From assembly GCF_009914755.1 (NCBI RefSeq), contig NC_060927.1: 64,000 bases of DNA; one strand, written 5' to 3'. Shown in pieces: positions 1 to 14,403 of the stretch (position 1 is the stretch's first letter; each line of letters begins with the position of its first letter). The translations under genes and the position numbers were made by a program. This DNA is from the human T2T-CHM13v2.0 reference genome, Homo sapiens. The notes beneath the pieces were generated by a model. It was not told where the DNA came from, did not search any database, and saw nothing but the letters and a program-made list of their open reading frames with translations.

Positions 1-346
1 ATGTCATTATATAAAGGAAATCATACGGTACATAACCTTTTGGTGCTGGCTTGCTTTACTCAGTGTAGCTCCCCAGACCCATCCAAGTTGTTTGTTCCTT
101 TTTATTCCTGAGCAGTATTCCATGGTAGGGATGTGGCAGTTTGTTTATCCGTTCATCTGTTGAAGAACATCTGGGCTTTTCCTAGTTTGGGGCTATTACA
201 AATAAAGCTGCTTATGAACATTTGTGTACATAGTTTTTGAGTGAACCTAAGTTTTTATTTCTCTGAGATAAATGCTCAAGGGTGCCATTGCTGGGTCGTA
301 TAGTAAGTACATATTTAGTTTTATGGGAAACTGCCAGACTATTCTC
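1..346 (-). mobile_element. Old L1M (L1MB/MC-like) 3'-end fragment
   Basis: Antisense L1 3' motifs: 'tttggggctattacaaataaagctgc', 'attgctgggtcgtatagtaag', 'gaaactgccagact'. Confidence 0.8.
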
Positions 347-473
347 CTTTACTAAGCACGTGATAACTGGAATTGGCAGTGTTTGAACAGCTCTTCCTGT
401 CTTTCATTTTACCGTCTTTCACACCATTATCTGGATTAATTTTTAAACAAAAGAGGAATTGCAGTTTTCTTAC

Positions 474-600
474 ATGCCAGATATTATACTAAGCACCATA
501 CACATACTATCTAATTTAAGCCTCATAACAACTCCCCAAAGGAGGGTCAATACCATTGTTTCTCTAAAGAAGGAAACTGAGCCACATGGTATGTGCGATT
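474..600 (-). mobile_element. MIR fragment
   Basis: 'atttaagcctcataacaact...aggaaactgag' resembles the antisense MIR core. Confidence 0.6.
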
Positions 601-660
601 AATGAGCTAGATGATCCTGTAATTGTTCAGGTTCATCCAGCTCATTAAAAGTTATCAATT

Positions 661-1060
<400 letters not shown>

Positions 1061-2211
1061 TTACGAAGTGTCCTGATTGTGATTGCGGCCTGTGAGGCCC
1101 GTTATGGCTTGTCTATCTACTGACACTCCCTTGTACCCATCCGTGAATCCTCTGTCCTCTTGGGTTTTATTTTTCTGTCTTGCTTTTGATATGCCTGAAG
1201 CCCAAGACAGGCTGCAACTTCATGATAAGTGGAGGCTTCATGTTTGATTAAACCAGTCCTATGCATTGTCACCTGAGAATATCCTGACAGTGGAATTAGT
1301 AAAGGAGACTACTGCAGGGTGTTGTGGACCCCCGTGGTGATGAAGACACTCTGAGATTAAAATAACATATTAGGAGATTCGTTAACATAGTTGTCCATTC
1401 GTTACCCAGGCAATCCTTGTTTCATTCATAAGGTCTCATGACTGCATCTTAGTTGGACTTAGCAGCACCTAACTTCTGCGGATTCCCTGGCATCCCTCCA
1501 GGACCCCATTCTTTCCTGCCTTGAATGCCTTCCTGTGTTTCACACATAGGCACCAAGGATCCAGGTGGAAGACACCTAGCTTGCTCCTACCAGGCTACAC
1601 ATTTTCACCCGAGGGGAAATGAAAACTGGGCAGCAAAAGAGAGGTTTTCTTTTGGAATTACACATCTTGAAATACCTCAGTTCCTCTGTCCTGAGACAAA
1701 GGCATTTCATTTTTTGTTGGCAGCTAAATGCAGGGTGTTTGAGTGGGGTGACCCCAGGCTGATGCACCAAGGGAACGTCTAATGCCTGCACTTCCCAGGC
1801 TTTCTGCTGCAGAACACACACTCATTTGGCTGCCATCTGTAATACAGTCAGAGAGAGAGGGCAGACATTTTTCTATTAGGTTCTATTACCTTGTATTGGA
1901 AGAATAATGGCATGTTGCTTGAATGTTTCCCAAGAGAATGTTTTCTGTGCTCCGTGTATATTTCAAACTCCAAATAAGAAAAGTAATGAGGGTTGGGGGC
2001 TGCTGGTGAGGCAATCTCCACTTTAAAGATTCTGATCTTTGTTGAAGCAATTATTTATTTACATGAAAAAATAATGCCTTTTCCTTGAGCTGTCTCAGGA
2101 AATCCAAAAGTGAAGAAGCAAATAGACGTTTCATATAGTATAGCAGTGTCAAAGAACAGTCATATGTGAGTTTATTACCAAGGTTAAAAAACCTAGTGTT
2201 AACTTTGGGTT

Positions 2212-2825
2212 TGTCTAAGTTTGTTTTTCATTGTTACAAGAGTATGCCGGAGACTGGTTAATTTATTTTACTTCCTCCCTCCCTCCCTCCCTTTTCCCTT
2301 TTCGCTTCCCTCCCTCCCTTCTTTCCCTCCCTCCTTCCTTCCTTTTTCTATTTTCTTTTAAGAGATGAGGTCTTACAGTATTGCCTAGGCTGGTCCTGAA
2401 CTCCTGGGCTCAAGTGATCCTCCCACCTCAGCCTGCTAAAGTACTAGGATTACAGGCATGAGCCCCTGTGCCTGGCTTTGGTAATTTATAAACAATATAA
2501 ATTTATTTCTCACAGTTCTGGAGGCTGGGAAGTCCAAGATTTAGGTGCCAGCAGGTTCAGCTGTCTGGTGAGGGTTTTTCTCTGCTTCCAAGGTGGCACC
2601 TTATTGATGCATCCTCTAAGGAAGATATGCTGTGACCTCTCATGCAGAAGTGGAAAAACAAGTGAACCAAACACTATCTGAAGACTCTTTTATATGGTTC
2701 TTAATCTCATTAACAAGGGAGGAGCCATCATGGCCTAATTGCCTCGTAAAGATCCCGATTCTTAATACCATCACATTGACAACACCTACGTTTTGGAGGA
2801 GACATGCAGGCTTCAAATCACAGCA
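2212..2825 (-). mobile_element. MaLR LTR (MST-like), interrupted by an Alu monomer
   Basis: tgtctaag...cagca ends; 'tttctcacagttctggaggctgggaagtccaagat'; 5-bp TSD gggtt/gggct. Confidence 0.85.
2271..2477 (-). mobile_element. Alu monomer (FLAM/AluJ-like) with CT-rich degenerate tail
   Basis: 'ctcctgggctcaagtgatcctcccacctcagcc'; flanking ggttaatttat/ggtaatttat duplication. Confidence 0.85.
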
Positions 2826-4849
2826 GGGCTAAATCAGCATAATATGACAACTTGGATTTATTGTGTTGAGTATAATGCAAGGCACTTTGCTTATATTACA
2901 TTGGCTCCTCTTAGAAATAGGTTGTCGTATAGATGCACAGACTGACACTTAAAGTTTTAGTTACTTGCTCAAGATCATGTGGCTGATGACAGGGCTTGAA
3001 ACTGGTAAAGCCTTGGTTTGGGGTTTGAATCCTGCCTTATGTCCCTGAGCTCATTATTTCAACAGACTTGCTATAATCTGCTGGTGGAAAGCAGACCATC
3101 AAGAACATCTTTTACAAATGGTAGCCTGAAGGTCCTAATAAACAGGGCACTGAGTTTTACTGCTAAACCTAATAAGGGGAGTCTCTGGTTTCTCTCAATT
3201 TCTCCTTGTCCTTAATTCTTCCACCTTTTCTTCCCAGAAGGAAAAATAAAACCCATAAGCACCAGGGATTAAAAAGCCTGGTACTTTTTTTCCCCTGTAC
3301 AAATGCAGTGATACATATTGAATGTGTGAAAACCAGAGCTGTACACGGCTGCTGAGAAATTATCTTTTAATACATAAGGGTTACAAAACCAAATCAAGGA
3401 AGCCAAGGGTGGGGGCACCATGTACCTTGATCCTAAAAATGTTGAATGCCAGCGAGGTATTACAGAATCTACCATTGCCACTCACCTAGGAACACCAGTG
3501 GGAATGTGTAGTACAAGATTTTTGTGGAATGAGACTCATGTTCGAAGAACACAGTGACGAGTTCCGCACAAAACTGTTGAGAAGCAGCCAAAAAAGAGCT
3601 CATAAGAGATTGAGTCCCGGCCAGGAGAAGGGAAACTTGGCACCTGATTTTATTAGGATGCAATAGTTATCCAACCATTGGATGTGCCTGCGGTTTTCAC
3701 AGGGAAGACCGTAGACCTCAGGATGATAACTGAGTAAGAAAGAAGTTTTGTGTTTGAGCCCATGTGTTTCTAACCAGAGTGCTCTTTTCCATGGAATAAA
3801 TGTTTCCTAACACTAGTGTGAAGATTTAATCAAATACACACTTCCTCATCAAACGCACAGTCAACTTTTATCTTAAAATTTATTAATGTGATGGTTTTCA
3901 TTTTCAAATGTAAGCATTTTCAAACACTTAATTGTTTAACTCTCGATTTGCAAAATGAGTTTTTTGGTGAAATGTGTCATTTGAGGGTCTTTTACCACTG
4001 TTTGGTTTTATAGCTTGCTTTTCTTGTTTACTTTATGATGTAAACTAATTTTTACTACCAATAAAAGTTTTAGGAATCCTATTTACATGTGAACAATGAT
4101 TCAGCAATTTGAACCTATATTTTTTGCTGTGGAGTTGTCTAGTAAAAGTTTATATGACTCTGCTGACTCTAATGGCTCCGATAAATTACACATTTATCTG
4201 TGTGTATGTTTATATTTTTTTCCTCATTGCCTACACTTCTAGAACCCTGTTCATCAACCTCAATTACACGATGTATTTGGACACTCTTTCTCTTTTTTTT
4301 TTTTTTAAAGGAAAAACATAATTTCTATATACTACCAGATGGGTGTGTTGGCTGTAAGATAAAAATCCCAAAATACTTAAGAGACCATCTGGTATCTTGG
4401 TAGGGTTTAGTTGATTAAGTTCTTGTGTATTGATTTCAGTCTGAGCAGAGGTAATCTTATCCCTTTGGATCTCTACTTAAAGAAAAAAGTTGTCATTGAC
4501 ATTTTGTCCCATTGTTAATAATCTTTTTTTTTTTTTAAGTTTCACAAGAAAATTCTAGTGATAGATGATAGCAGCCATTGATTTATATGCTCACACAGTT
4601 GCTCATGACTAGTGGTTGTTTATCCTGAACGGGCCTGATGAAGCCTTAGGGCTAGACTTAGTTCATGAGACACAGATTTCTTTAGAAGATGATAATGGGT
4701 CCATGTGGGAATTGACCTGGATTCATTGGTGTTGAGCTTGAAGCTAAGCAATTTCCGTGCACCATGTTGGAAGTTTTCTGGGTGTTACTTTGTAGGCCAC
4801 CAGTGAATACTGCACCTCTGGTGTACCTTGGAGAGTGTCAGAAGCTTTA

Positions 4850-5180
<331 letters not shown>

Positions 5181-5186
5181 AAAGTA

Positions 5187-5487
5187 GGCCAGGCGCAGTA
5201 GCTTATGCCTGTAATCCCAGCATTTTGGGAGGCTGAGGCAGGTGGATCACGAGATCAGGAGTTCAAGACCAGCCTGGCCAAGATGGTAAAACCCCATCTC
5301 TACTAAAAATACAGAAATTAGCAGGGTATGGTGGTGGATGCCTGTAATCCCAGCTACTTGAGAGGCTGAGGCAGAGAATTGCTTGAACCTGGGAGGCGGA
5401 GGTTGCACCGAGCCCAGATCGCCACTGCACTCCAACCTGGGAGACAGAGCGAGACTCCGTCTCAAAGTAAGTAAATAAAAAATAAAA
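5187..5487 (+). mobile_element. AluS inserted in the tail of the preceding Alu
   Basis: Full dimer; aagaatcaaata brackets both Alus together. Confidence 0.92.
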
Positions 5488-5825
5488 TGAAGAATCAAAT
5501 AAATAGTGCTCTATTCCTCATTCTGCAGATGCGGAGTGTGTTAGCCATTGACAGGGCTGATCTTCAAGTTTACCTCTGCCTGACTCTGAAATTAGAATTT
5601 CCTCTACGGTGCAATCTATTTTCCCTGATGGCCAGGACACTTGTTGAGCTCTTTCTTTGGGTCATGGACTGTGCTAGGGTTAAGGGATATTCAGTGGAGC
5701 AAATGTTCCCCTTCTCTGCCCTTCTAGAACCTTGTTCCTCTAGTTACAATATTTTAATATTGTTGTTAATAATGTTTCTTTTCTTATTTATATTTAAGAT
5801 ACATCCTCAGGCTCTTCATTTTAAA

Positions 5826-6031
5826 CAGGGATTCTCAACCTTAGCACTAGTGGTATTTTTGGGCCCCGATAGTTCTGTGTTGCTGGAGCTCTTCTGTGCA
5901 TTGTAGGATGTGTAGTAGTATTCCTGGCCTCCGCTCACTGGATGCCACTAGCATCCTCCTAAGTTGGAACATCCAGGGGTAGTCAAATGCCTTCTGGCAA
6001 GTGGGGGATTCTCCCCTAATAGAGAACCATT
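5826..6031 (-). mobile_element. MER20 (hAT-Charlie MITE)
   Basis: cagggattctcaacc...gagaaccat ends; 'tgtgcattgtaggatg', 'tggatgccactagca'. Confidence 0.85.
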
Positions 6032-6664
6032 CTTCTAATGTAACTGCCAGCTATTTGTCACTGGGTGAAGGGTCAGAAGCCTGTTTGGCAGCTGCAGAAT
6101 CTTTGTATCAAAGTGCTATGGAGTGGAGATTTACACTACAACCACCAGATATCATGGGGGTAGAAATTATGCCAAACAACAGATTTGTATTCATTGCAGA
6201 ACATTTTATAAGTACATATAAGATAAGGGAAAAGTAATTTTTTTTAAAAGTACTTATAAGCCAAAAGAAGAGACAATTTAAAAAATCATCTCACAATGTA
6301 GAGATGAATGTGACTTAATGTCACTACATCCTGATAGTTTTTTTTTTCTATACATATTACACATAGGAAAGACGTATTGTACATATAGGGTTAGTCAAGA
6401 CATCCTGTCTGTGACTGATGTTATGCAATCTACTTTTTCATTTTATATTGTGAACATTTCCCCATTTCTTTAAATTATCCCCCTTTTTTTTTCCAGCATG
6501 GTTCATAATGGGTGGCATATTTGTCTCCTGTTCCTTGTCATTTTTAGCAGCTGCAATAGTGATCCTCCATAAATGGGCCAGTGTCTACTTTTCTGTCATT
6601 TTAATGTTGGACATTTTATTTGTTTTCATTTTTTTTTTGTTCTAAATAATGCTTTTAGTCCTCA

Positions 6665-6770
6665 CGTATTTATGTACATGAGACTGTATGCCAGGCACCC
6701 CTGTTTCAGGTACCTTGGATAGAACAGTGAACAAGGCTGATCCCTGTCCTCATGGATCTTACAGTCCAGC
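6665..6770 (-). mobile_element. L2 3'-end fragment
   Basis: 'tatgccaggcac...cagtgaacaagg...ccctgtcctcatggatcttacagtccag'. Confidence 0.65.
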
Positions 6771-7542
6771 TGCGTATGTGTAGCTAAATCATTGCATATG
6801 TCTTTGTTTTGTTAGGATTCGTCGTGCCCTGCCATTTTCTCAGATGTGTTGTCCCCTGCCCTTTCAACTTTCTTTGCTCATCAGGGTAACCTCTTCCTGT
6901 ATAAGGGCCCAGCCTCTATGAAAGGGAGGCTCTAGAATCTGCTCGCCTGTGAGATTAGAATTCACCTTGGCCCACACTGTTCCCAGTTATCTAGTGAAAT
7001 CAGCATGAATCAGAATCTACTAGAAGCAGCATGTGTGCAGGTTGTTAAGCGGGGAGCGGGGGGGGGGTGGCGCGGGGAACTGTAAGGGAACATGTAAGGC
7101 TAATTAAGGTACATCATCTGTTAGGTGTCTTTTTTGTCCTGTTTTTCATGGATGGCTCCAGGGGAAGCCCAGTGCCACATCTGAGAGGCATAGAGGGAAC
7201 ATGAGATACATGCCCTTCCAGGGCACTTTGACTTTGACAAATTACCTAATCTCTGCGGACCTCAGTTTACTCTTGTGCCTTATAGTGTTGTGGTGAGAAA
7301 TGAATCGTGTGTGAATAGCATTTACCATGGAGTCTGGGATGTGGGAGTCATTCAAGAGAATGGGGCTGCTCTTGTGCTTTAACCAACACCTGCCCCCCAC
7401 CCCCTGCACCCATATGCTAGATAATTGATGTGCGTTCTCAAGTCTTCATAGCACATTTAGGAGATATAGGTGGAATTTTGTTAGTTTTTGCTTCATATGC
7501 TTTGAGGCTCTGTTGTTAGGTGAATATATATTTATGATATCA

Positions 7543-7850
7543 TTCTTTTTTCTTTCTTTCTTTTTTTGAGACAGGGTCTCACTCTGTCCCCCAGGCCAGA
7601 GTGCAGTGGTGCAGTCTCAGCTGACTGCAGCCTCCGCCTCCCAGGCTCAAGCAATTCTCATACCTCAGCCTCCTGAGTAGATGTGACTAGAGGCATGTGC
7701 CACCATGCTCAGCTAGTTTTTTGTATTTTTAGTAGAGATGAGGTTTCGTCATGTTGTCCAGGCTGGTCTTGAACTCCTGAGCTCAGGCAGTCCGCCCGCC
7801 TCAGCCTCCCAAAGTGCTGGGATTACAGGCGTGAGCCACCATGCCTGGCC
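7543..7850 (-). mobile_element. Alu (J/S boundary type)
   Basis: Antisense dimer; TSD tatgatatcattct/tataatataattct. Confidence 0.93.
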
Positions 7851-7921
7851 TATAATATAATTCTATCCTGCTTTCTTGTATGCAGCCCAGGGCTTAATGG
7901 GTTGACCTTCTATGCTGCTGA

Positions 7922-8403
<482 letters not shown>

Positions 8404-8449
8404 TAGGTATGATTTCCTCTCTCTTCTTTGTCCTTATTTCATCTCTGAT

Positions 8450-8643
8450 TATTGTCTTCCCAGCATTTAACCACATTTGCAAGTTACGTTTTTCACTTAT
8501 TTGTTGACCTGTTCATGATATTCATTAATCCTGTAGATTAAGATCTTCAGGGATTGTTATCAGTTTCACTTATTCTTTTATCATATGGTCCCAGGATACT
8601 GCCTGGCACATAGTAGATGTTCAGAAATATGGACTAAATGAGT
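8450..8643 (+). mobile_element. L2 3'-end fragment
   Basis: 'tgcctggcacatagtagatgttcagaaatat' L2 terminus. Confidence 0.65.
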
Positions 8644-8761
8644 ATTATAATTGACACATCTCAGTCAAGAAGGAGTGGCAGTTATACTCAGTTGTAACTT
8701 TTTCTTGAAGATATGTATCTTCAAGTTACTTGTACTAATGGGTGGTTGCATATTTTGGCTC

Positions 8762-9055
8762 TTTTACTTTGTATTTTTTTAGAAACAGGGTCTTACTTTG
8801 TCACCCAGCTTGGAGTGTGGTGGCAGGATCACGGCTCACCACAGCTCACTCCTGGCTCACTCCTGGGCTCAAGTGATCCTCCTGCCTCAGCCTTCCCTGT
8901 AGCCAGGACAACAGGCATATGCCATCATGCCTGGCTAATTTTTAAATTTTTTTTGTAGATATAGGATCTCCCAATGTTGCCTAGACTGGTCTTGAACTCC
9001 TGGTCTCAAGCCATTCTCCTGTCTTGGCCAACCAATTGTGAAACTGTGTCTGGCC
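8762..9055 (-). mobile_element. AluJ
   Basis: Diverged antisense dimer. Confidence 0.88.
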
Positions 9056-9096
9056 TGTTTAACTCTTAAGTGTAGATGTAATTTACTTCATGAAAG

Positions 9097-9420
9097 AGTC
9101 AGACTCAGTGGCTTATACCTGTAATCCTAGCCCTTTGTGGGAAGCTGAGGTGGGAGGATTGCTTCAGGCCCTGAGTTTGATACCAACGTGGGCAACATAG
9201 CAAGACCCCCCCCCCCTCGACCATCTCTAAAGAAAATAAAATGAAAAAATAAGCTGGGCATAGTGGTGAGCTCCTGTAGTCCCACTTCTCAGGAGGCTGA
9301 GGAGGGAGGATCAGTTGAACCCAGGAGTTTGAAGCTGCAGTTAGCTATGATTGTACCACTGTATTCCAGACTGGGCAACAGAGCCTGACCCTGTCTCTTA
9401 AAAAAATAAATAAATAAGAA
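9097..9420 (+). mobile_element. AluJ (putative donor of the 10581-10734 copy)
   Basis: Diverged dimer with an internal C-run and an A-rich tail. Confidence 0.9.
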
Positions 9421-10102
9421 AAACAAGAAAGGGCTTCTTTCCTTCTGAGTGTGTGAGCATCCCTCATTTGATGCAGAAGGTGAGGTGACACAGAAGTGGT
9501 CTCTGTCTCAGGGATTAGCAAATTTAGTAGGGAAATGCCTCCATAGCCCCCAATTTACATATGAATAGTTAAAAACTGACCGTTTCATAAAATAAGCCCT
9601 AACCAGGAATGCATTTTAAGGGAATACTCTTGTGATGAGTGGATTTCCAGAGCAAAGAAGAGACACAGTCTGAGTTACCAGTGCCAATTACTTGGTACCA
9701 CTGCAAATCATTCCCCTTTGGCAACATTATTTTTAAAATTAACTTTTAGGAATTTCTTCTCCAAGCGTATTCTTGGTTCGGCATTCTAACAGTTCATTTA
9801 CCTGATTGCATTTGATGGGTCTGTTGGGATTCTGGAATGTCAATTTTACTTTTTAGGAGATAGGTTGCCTGGGTCATGTCCAACATTCTTGTAGATTGAA
9901 GATATTTTCCTTAGCTTCTTGTTCTTTGCTTTCTGGACTCACATCCTTTAGTTGTTTTCGATTTGGGGCTACTATAAAAAATGTTTTTACTTATTCTCCA
10001 GATATTTTCTTCCAGCCATATGCCGGGCCCCTTTGTTTCAGGCACCCAGGATAGAGTGGTGAACAAATCCCTGCCTGCACAGAGCTGACATTCTAGAACC
10101 TG

Positions 10103-10752
10103 TGTAGGGGAGAGAAGATTCCTTTCCCTTACACATCAAAAAGTTCATGGCTGAGGCCCCCATAACAGATTAACAAGAGAAAAGCAAGCATATTTATTGA
10201 ATATCAGTTTTACGTGTCACAGGAGTTTTCAGAAATGAAGACCCAAAGCAACGGGGAAAACTGTATTTTTATGGACAGTGGTGCCAAAGTATGATTGGAG
10301 GACAAAGGGGTATTATTGTCTACCGGTAATAAACTGTGGGGGTGGAGGGGAGCCAGCAAGGCTTGTTTTGTTCAATTTCTTCTTGGTGTCTCACAGAAAT
10401 AAGGACGTTCCTTTCCTCTGGGCATGTGGAGGACCTCTCTAGAATGAGGGTGAGACTATGACCTACTTTCAGGGGAAGGTCAGTTAAGTTTTATAACCAG
10501 TTTCAGGGGGAGAAGGGATGAGAGAGGACCAGAGAGACCATCCTGCTTTTGATGTTCTCCCAAAGGCAAGGTGCTCCATTTTGAGGCCAGGAGTTTGGTA
10601 CTAGCTTGGGCAACATAGCAAGAGCCCCCGTCTCTACACAAAATAAAATAAAAAAATAAGCTGGGCATGATGGTGAGCTCCTGTAGTCCCACTACTCAGG
10701 AGGCTGAGGAGGGAGGATCAGTTGAACCCAGGAGGTGTTCTCAACTCTGGCA
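10103..10752 (-). mobile_element. ERV1 solo LTR, MER34-like
   Basis: tgtagggg...ca ends; reverse-complement similarity to the LTR at 50229-51462 (cagattaacaagagaaaagca vs tgcttttctcttgttaatctg). Confidence 0.75.
10581..10734 (+). repeat. Internal Alu fragment copied from 9163-9327
   Basis: No Alu ends, tail or TSD; 91/95 identity to 9233-9327, including non-consensus bases. Confidence 0.8.
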
Positions 10753-11539
10753 CATGCTTGTAGCTGAATTATTGATGATGCCTTTGATTTGTTTTCTTGG
10801 GATTCATTGTGCCCTAGTGTCTCCTGTATGTGCCGTCCCTCATGCCTCCAACTTTCTTTGCTCAAAATGAAACCAATTGATGATAAATGAAAGGATCAGT
10901 AGGCTTTAAAGCAGTTATTTACAACTGAGCATTTAGAGTTCCCACCCTTAAAAAGTGGGAGCTGTTCCCATGGCTGCTGAGAGTGCTGCGGAAGCTGGTT
11001 CTCTTTGTCCTTAAGTTGATCGATAGCAGGCATCAGCGGGGAAGATGCTTTGTACTTTGCTTGTTAAACAGAGGGCTGCTAAGCAGCTGTGGCAGTGTGA
11101 CCCTGGTTGTGCTGCTGTGGGTGACATGAGTGTGCATGTGGACAGTGGTTATGGTGCTTCCCTACACACTGGGCACCCACCCTATGGACAGACACACTCC
11201 ATGAAAATGTTTGGGAAGTATAAGAGCTCCAGGCCATGGGATGAAATGGGAAGGACCTAACTCTGATTTCTAGATTTGGAATTGAATCTGCATGTACTGT
11301 TCAGGTCATTGTTCTGGCACATATTTGACGGTTTGGTTGTCTTCAAGCTCAGGGGCTGCGAAAGTTGCCAGAATAGGAATGTTCTGGCCTGATGCAAGCA
11401 GGCACCCGGTGCCTGTGGATTCAGGACTGGTCACACTGCAGCTGGACATTATGAATTCAGATGTCCCTGATGAGACGGTGTCCTAGGACAGTGGCTAGGT
11501 GAGGTCTCAGGATCTCAGGTACAAGGTTAGAGGAGGCAA

Positions 11540-11700
11540 CGTGGAGTCACAGTGGAGAGCCTGGTTGGTCCCATAGCCAGATAGCTACAGGTTCAGGTAC
11601 CAGCTCTGCCCTCATCTATTTTTTGTGACCTTGGGAAAGTTAGATAACAATTTGAGCTCCTTTTTCTATCTTGAAAATAGGGATCTAATGTCTAACTTAG
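11540..11700 (+). mobile_element. MIR
   Basis: 'ggttcaggtaccagctctgcc...tgtgaccttgggaaagtta'. Confidence 0.65.
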
Positions 11701-11930
11701 CTCCCTGGTGTTTTATTCTCCCCATCTCATCCACATCACACTTTTATTTTCAAGTCTTGTTTTCTTTCTGTCATTTATTCCCGAGATAAGTGTATGCTTG
11801 TTTTGTTGTTTATTTTCCCAGCTAGGATACAAGTTCTTTGCGAGTTAAGGATTTGATTGGTCTTGTTCACTGCTCTGTCTCAGCACCCAGCACCTACTAG
11901 GTGAAGTATTTATAGAATGAAAGGATGAGT
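11700..11930 (+). mobile_element. L2 3'-end fragment
   Basis: 'ggtcttgttcactgctctgtctcagcacccagcac...gaatgaaaggatga'. Confidence 0.6.
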
Positions 11931-12203
11931 TTGCTAGACACTCATGGCCATGATCTAGTGCTCCCAGGTCCGTATTTTTTGGCCAAAGCCAGAAAAAGAC
12001 CATCTTCAAGTAGAAACATAGTTATACGCCTGTAAAAATTTGACACATTATAGATTCTGGCCACCATGCCCTTGGAACTTCACTTCTGAATCTGTGTTCA
12101 GACCAGGAATGTAGCACTGGTTCTCATGGCTTGCTTTGGAGGAAGTCTTTGGAAATTTTTGCTGATAGCCTTCTACCTAGGAGCATGAGTTCGGCTGTTT
12201 TCT

Positions 12204-12231
12204 CCTGCCCCTGCCCCTGCCCCTGCCCCTG
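12204..12231. repeat. (CCCCTG)n microsatellite
   Basis: cctgcccctgcccctgcccctgcccctg. Confidence 0.9.
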
Positions 12232-13110
12232 TTCCCCTTTTTGGACAGTGCCCAAGACCTAGCAGACACACCTTGGGGCCCCTCTAGCCTGAAAGCCTTT
12301 GGTAATCCCTGCTTTTAAGGGCCTTTTGCCATGGCCTGATGAACATCAGACAGGATGCTGATGGTTTTATTCTTGTAGCTCCATAGCCGTCAGCCTGAAT
12401 AGATGTTCTCAGGGCTTCATATAGGCATATACAATGTATGTTTTCTTTCATGGACAAAGGCACTGATGGTGCAAGTCCAAACAGTGCTGCTCAGTTGAGG
12501 ATTTTCTTGTTCAATTTTCAGGAGCTCTTGACTGACTGCATTCTGCTTCACTGGAGAAGAAGATAGTTTGATGAGGCTGTGTACACTTCTTAAAAGTGAA
12601 AAAGCCTTTGCAGGTTTGTCCAGACAGTGGGGTGACCAGGAAGGAGAGTCAGAAGAGAAGGTAGGGGTCTGGATCCTGATTTTGAGTGTTCATTTCCCAA
12701 AAAATCTTAGGAAGATAAACACTTTCTTGGTAACCTTTGAGTGTCATGTTCCTTCTCTGAAGAGTGTATTAGATTCCATGTGGTATACCCAGTAGATTGC
12801 ATTTTGAGTGTCATTGATGATTAATGGATAGAGACTGCTTAGACCACTGTATGGAGAAGGATTCTGAAGCCATGTCTGGGTGCAGTGGGAGAGTGTCATG
12901 ATACATTGATTATTACTTTTCATAACCGATTTACCTAAACCAAATAATACTAGTTTTTAAATTCCTGGATGTGATACACAATTTCCTTTAAAAATAAATT
13001 TAATTAGAAGAAATGAATGGTTTTTTTTAAATAAGGAAAACTAGAGTTTTTCAGGGGGAATGTGGCTATGGTGGAAACTTTGAACATAGTATGAGAAAGA
13101 ATGAAATTCT

Positions 13111-13417
<307 letters not shown>

Positions 13418-13619
13418 AAAGAATGAAATTCTGGAAACACTAAGGAGATGAATGTTTACCTACCTGACAGAATTGTTTTGGGAGTTTTAATGCAGGTGGC
13501 AGCTTGCTGTGACTTCTAAAGGCAGTACAGAAGTATCACAGTGTGGTTAAACTTCTTTTTTTGACCAGGAGGTAAACCTGAACTCAAAGTCTCCCAAAGC
13601 CCTCTCTGAACAAGAAAAT

Positions 13620-13860
13620 AGAATAGTGGTCCAGAGTTTGGATACTGAGGCTGGACTGTCTGGGTTTGAGCCCCCTCTCGCCTCTGTTCACATAGTTAGC
13701 GAGTGATATATGCATTTAACTTCCCTGAGCCTCAGTTTCTCATTTGTTAAAGGCAGTACCTCATGGTGTTGGTATCAGGATTAAAAGACCATTTCAGAGG
13801 AAGCTTCTAGAACAGCACGTGGTTCAGTATAACACGGCGTCTACGGGTTGACAATGATAA
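13620..13860 (+). mobile_element. MIR
   Basis: 'ggactgtctgggtttgag...taacttccctgagcctcagtttctcatttgt'. Confidence 0.7.
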
Positions 13861-13885
13861 TGATGATTGGATATTAAAAAAACCT

Positions 13886-14179
13886 GACTGGATGCGTTGG
13901 CTCACGCCTGTAATCCCAGCACTTTGGGAGACTAAGGTGGGCTGATACCTGAGGTCGGGAGTTCGAGACCAGCCTGGCCAACATGTTGAAACCCCATCTC
14001 TACTAAAAACAGAAAAATTAGCTGGGCGTGGTGGTGCACACCTTGTAATCCCAGCTACTCAGGAGGCTGAGGCATGAGAATCGCTTGAACCCGGGAGGCG
14101 GAGGTTGCAGTGAGCCCGGATTGTGCCACTTGCACTCCAGCCTGGGCCATAGAGTGAGACTCCATCTCAAAAAACAAAA
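13886..14179 (+). mobile_element. AluS
   Basis: Full dimer; aaaacct flanks. Confidence 0.93.
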
Positions 14180-14194
14180 CCTTACACAATTTAA

Positions 14195-14403
<209 letters not shown>

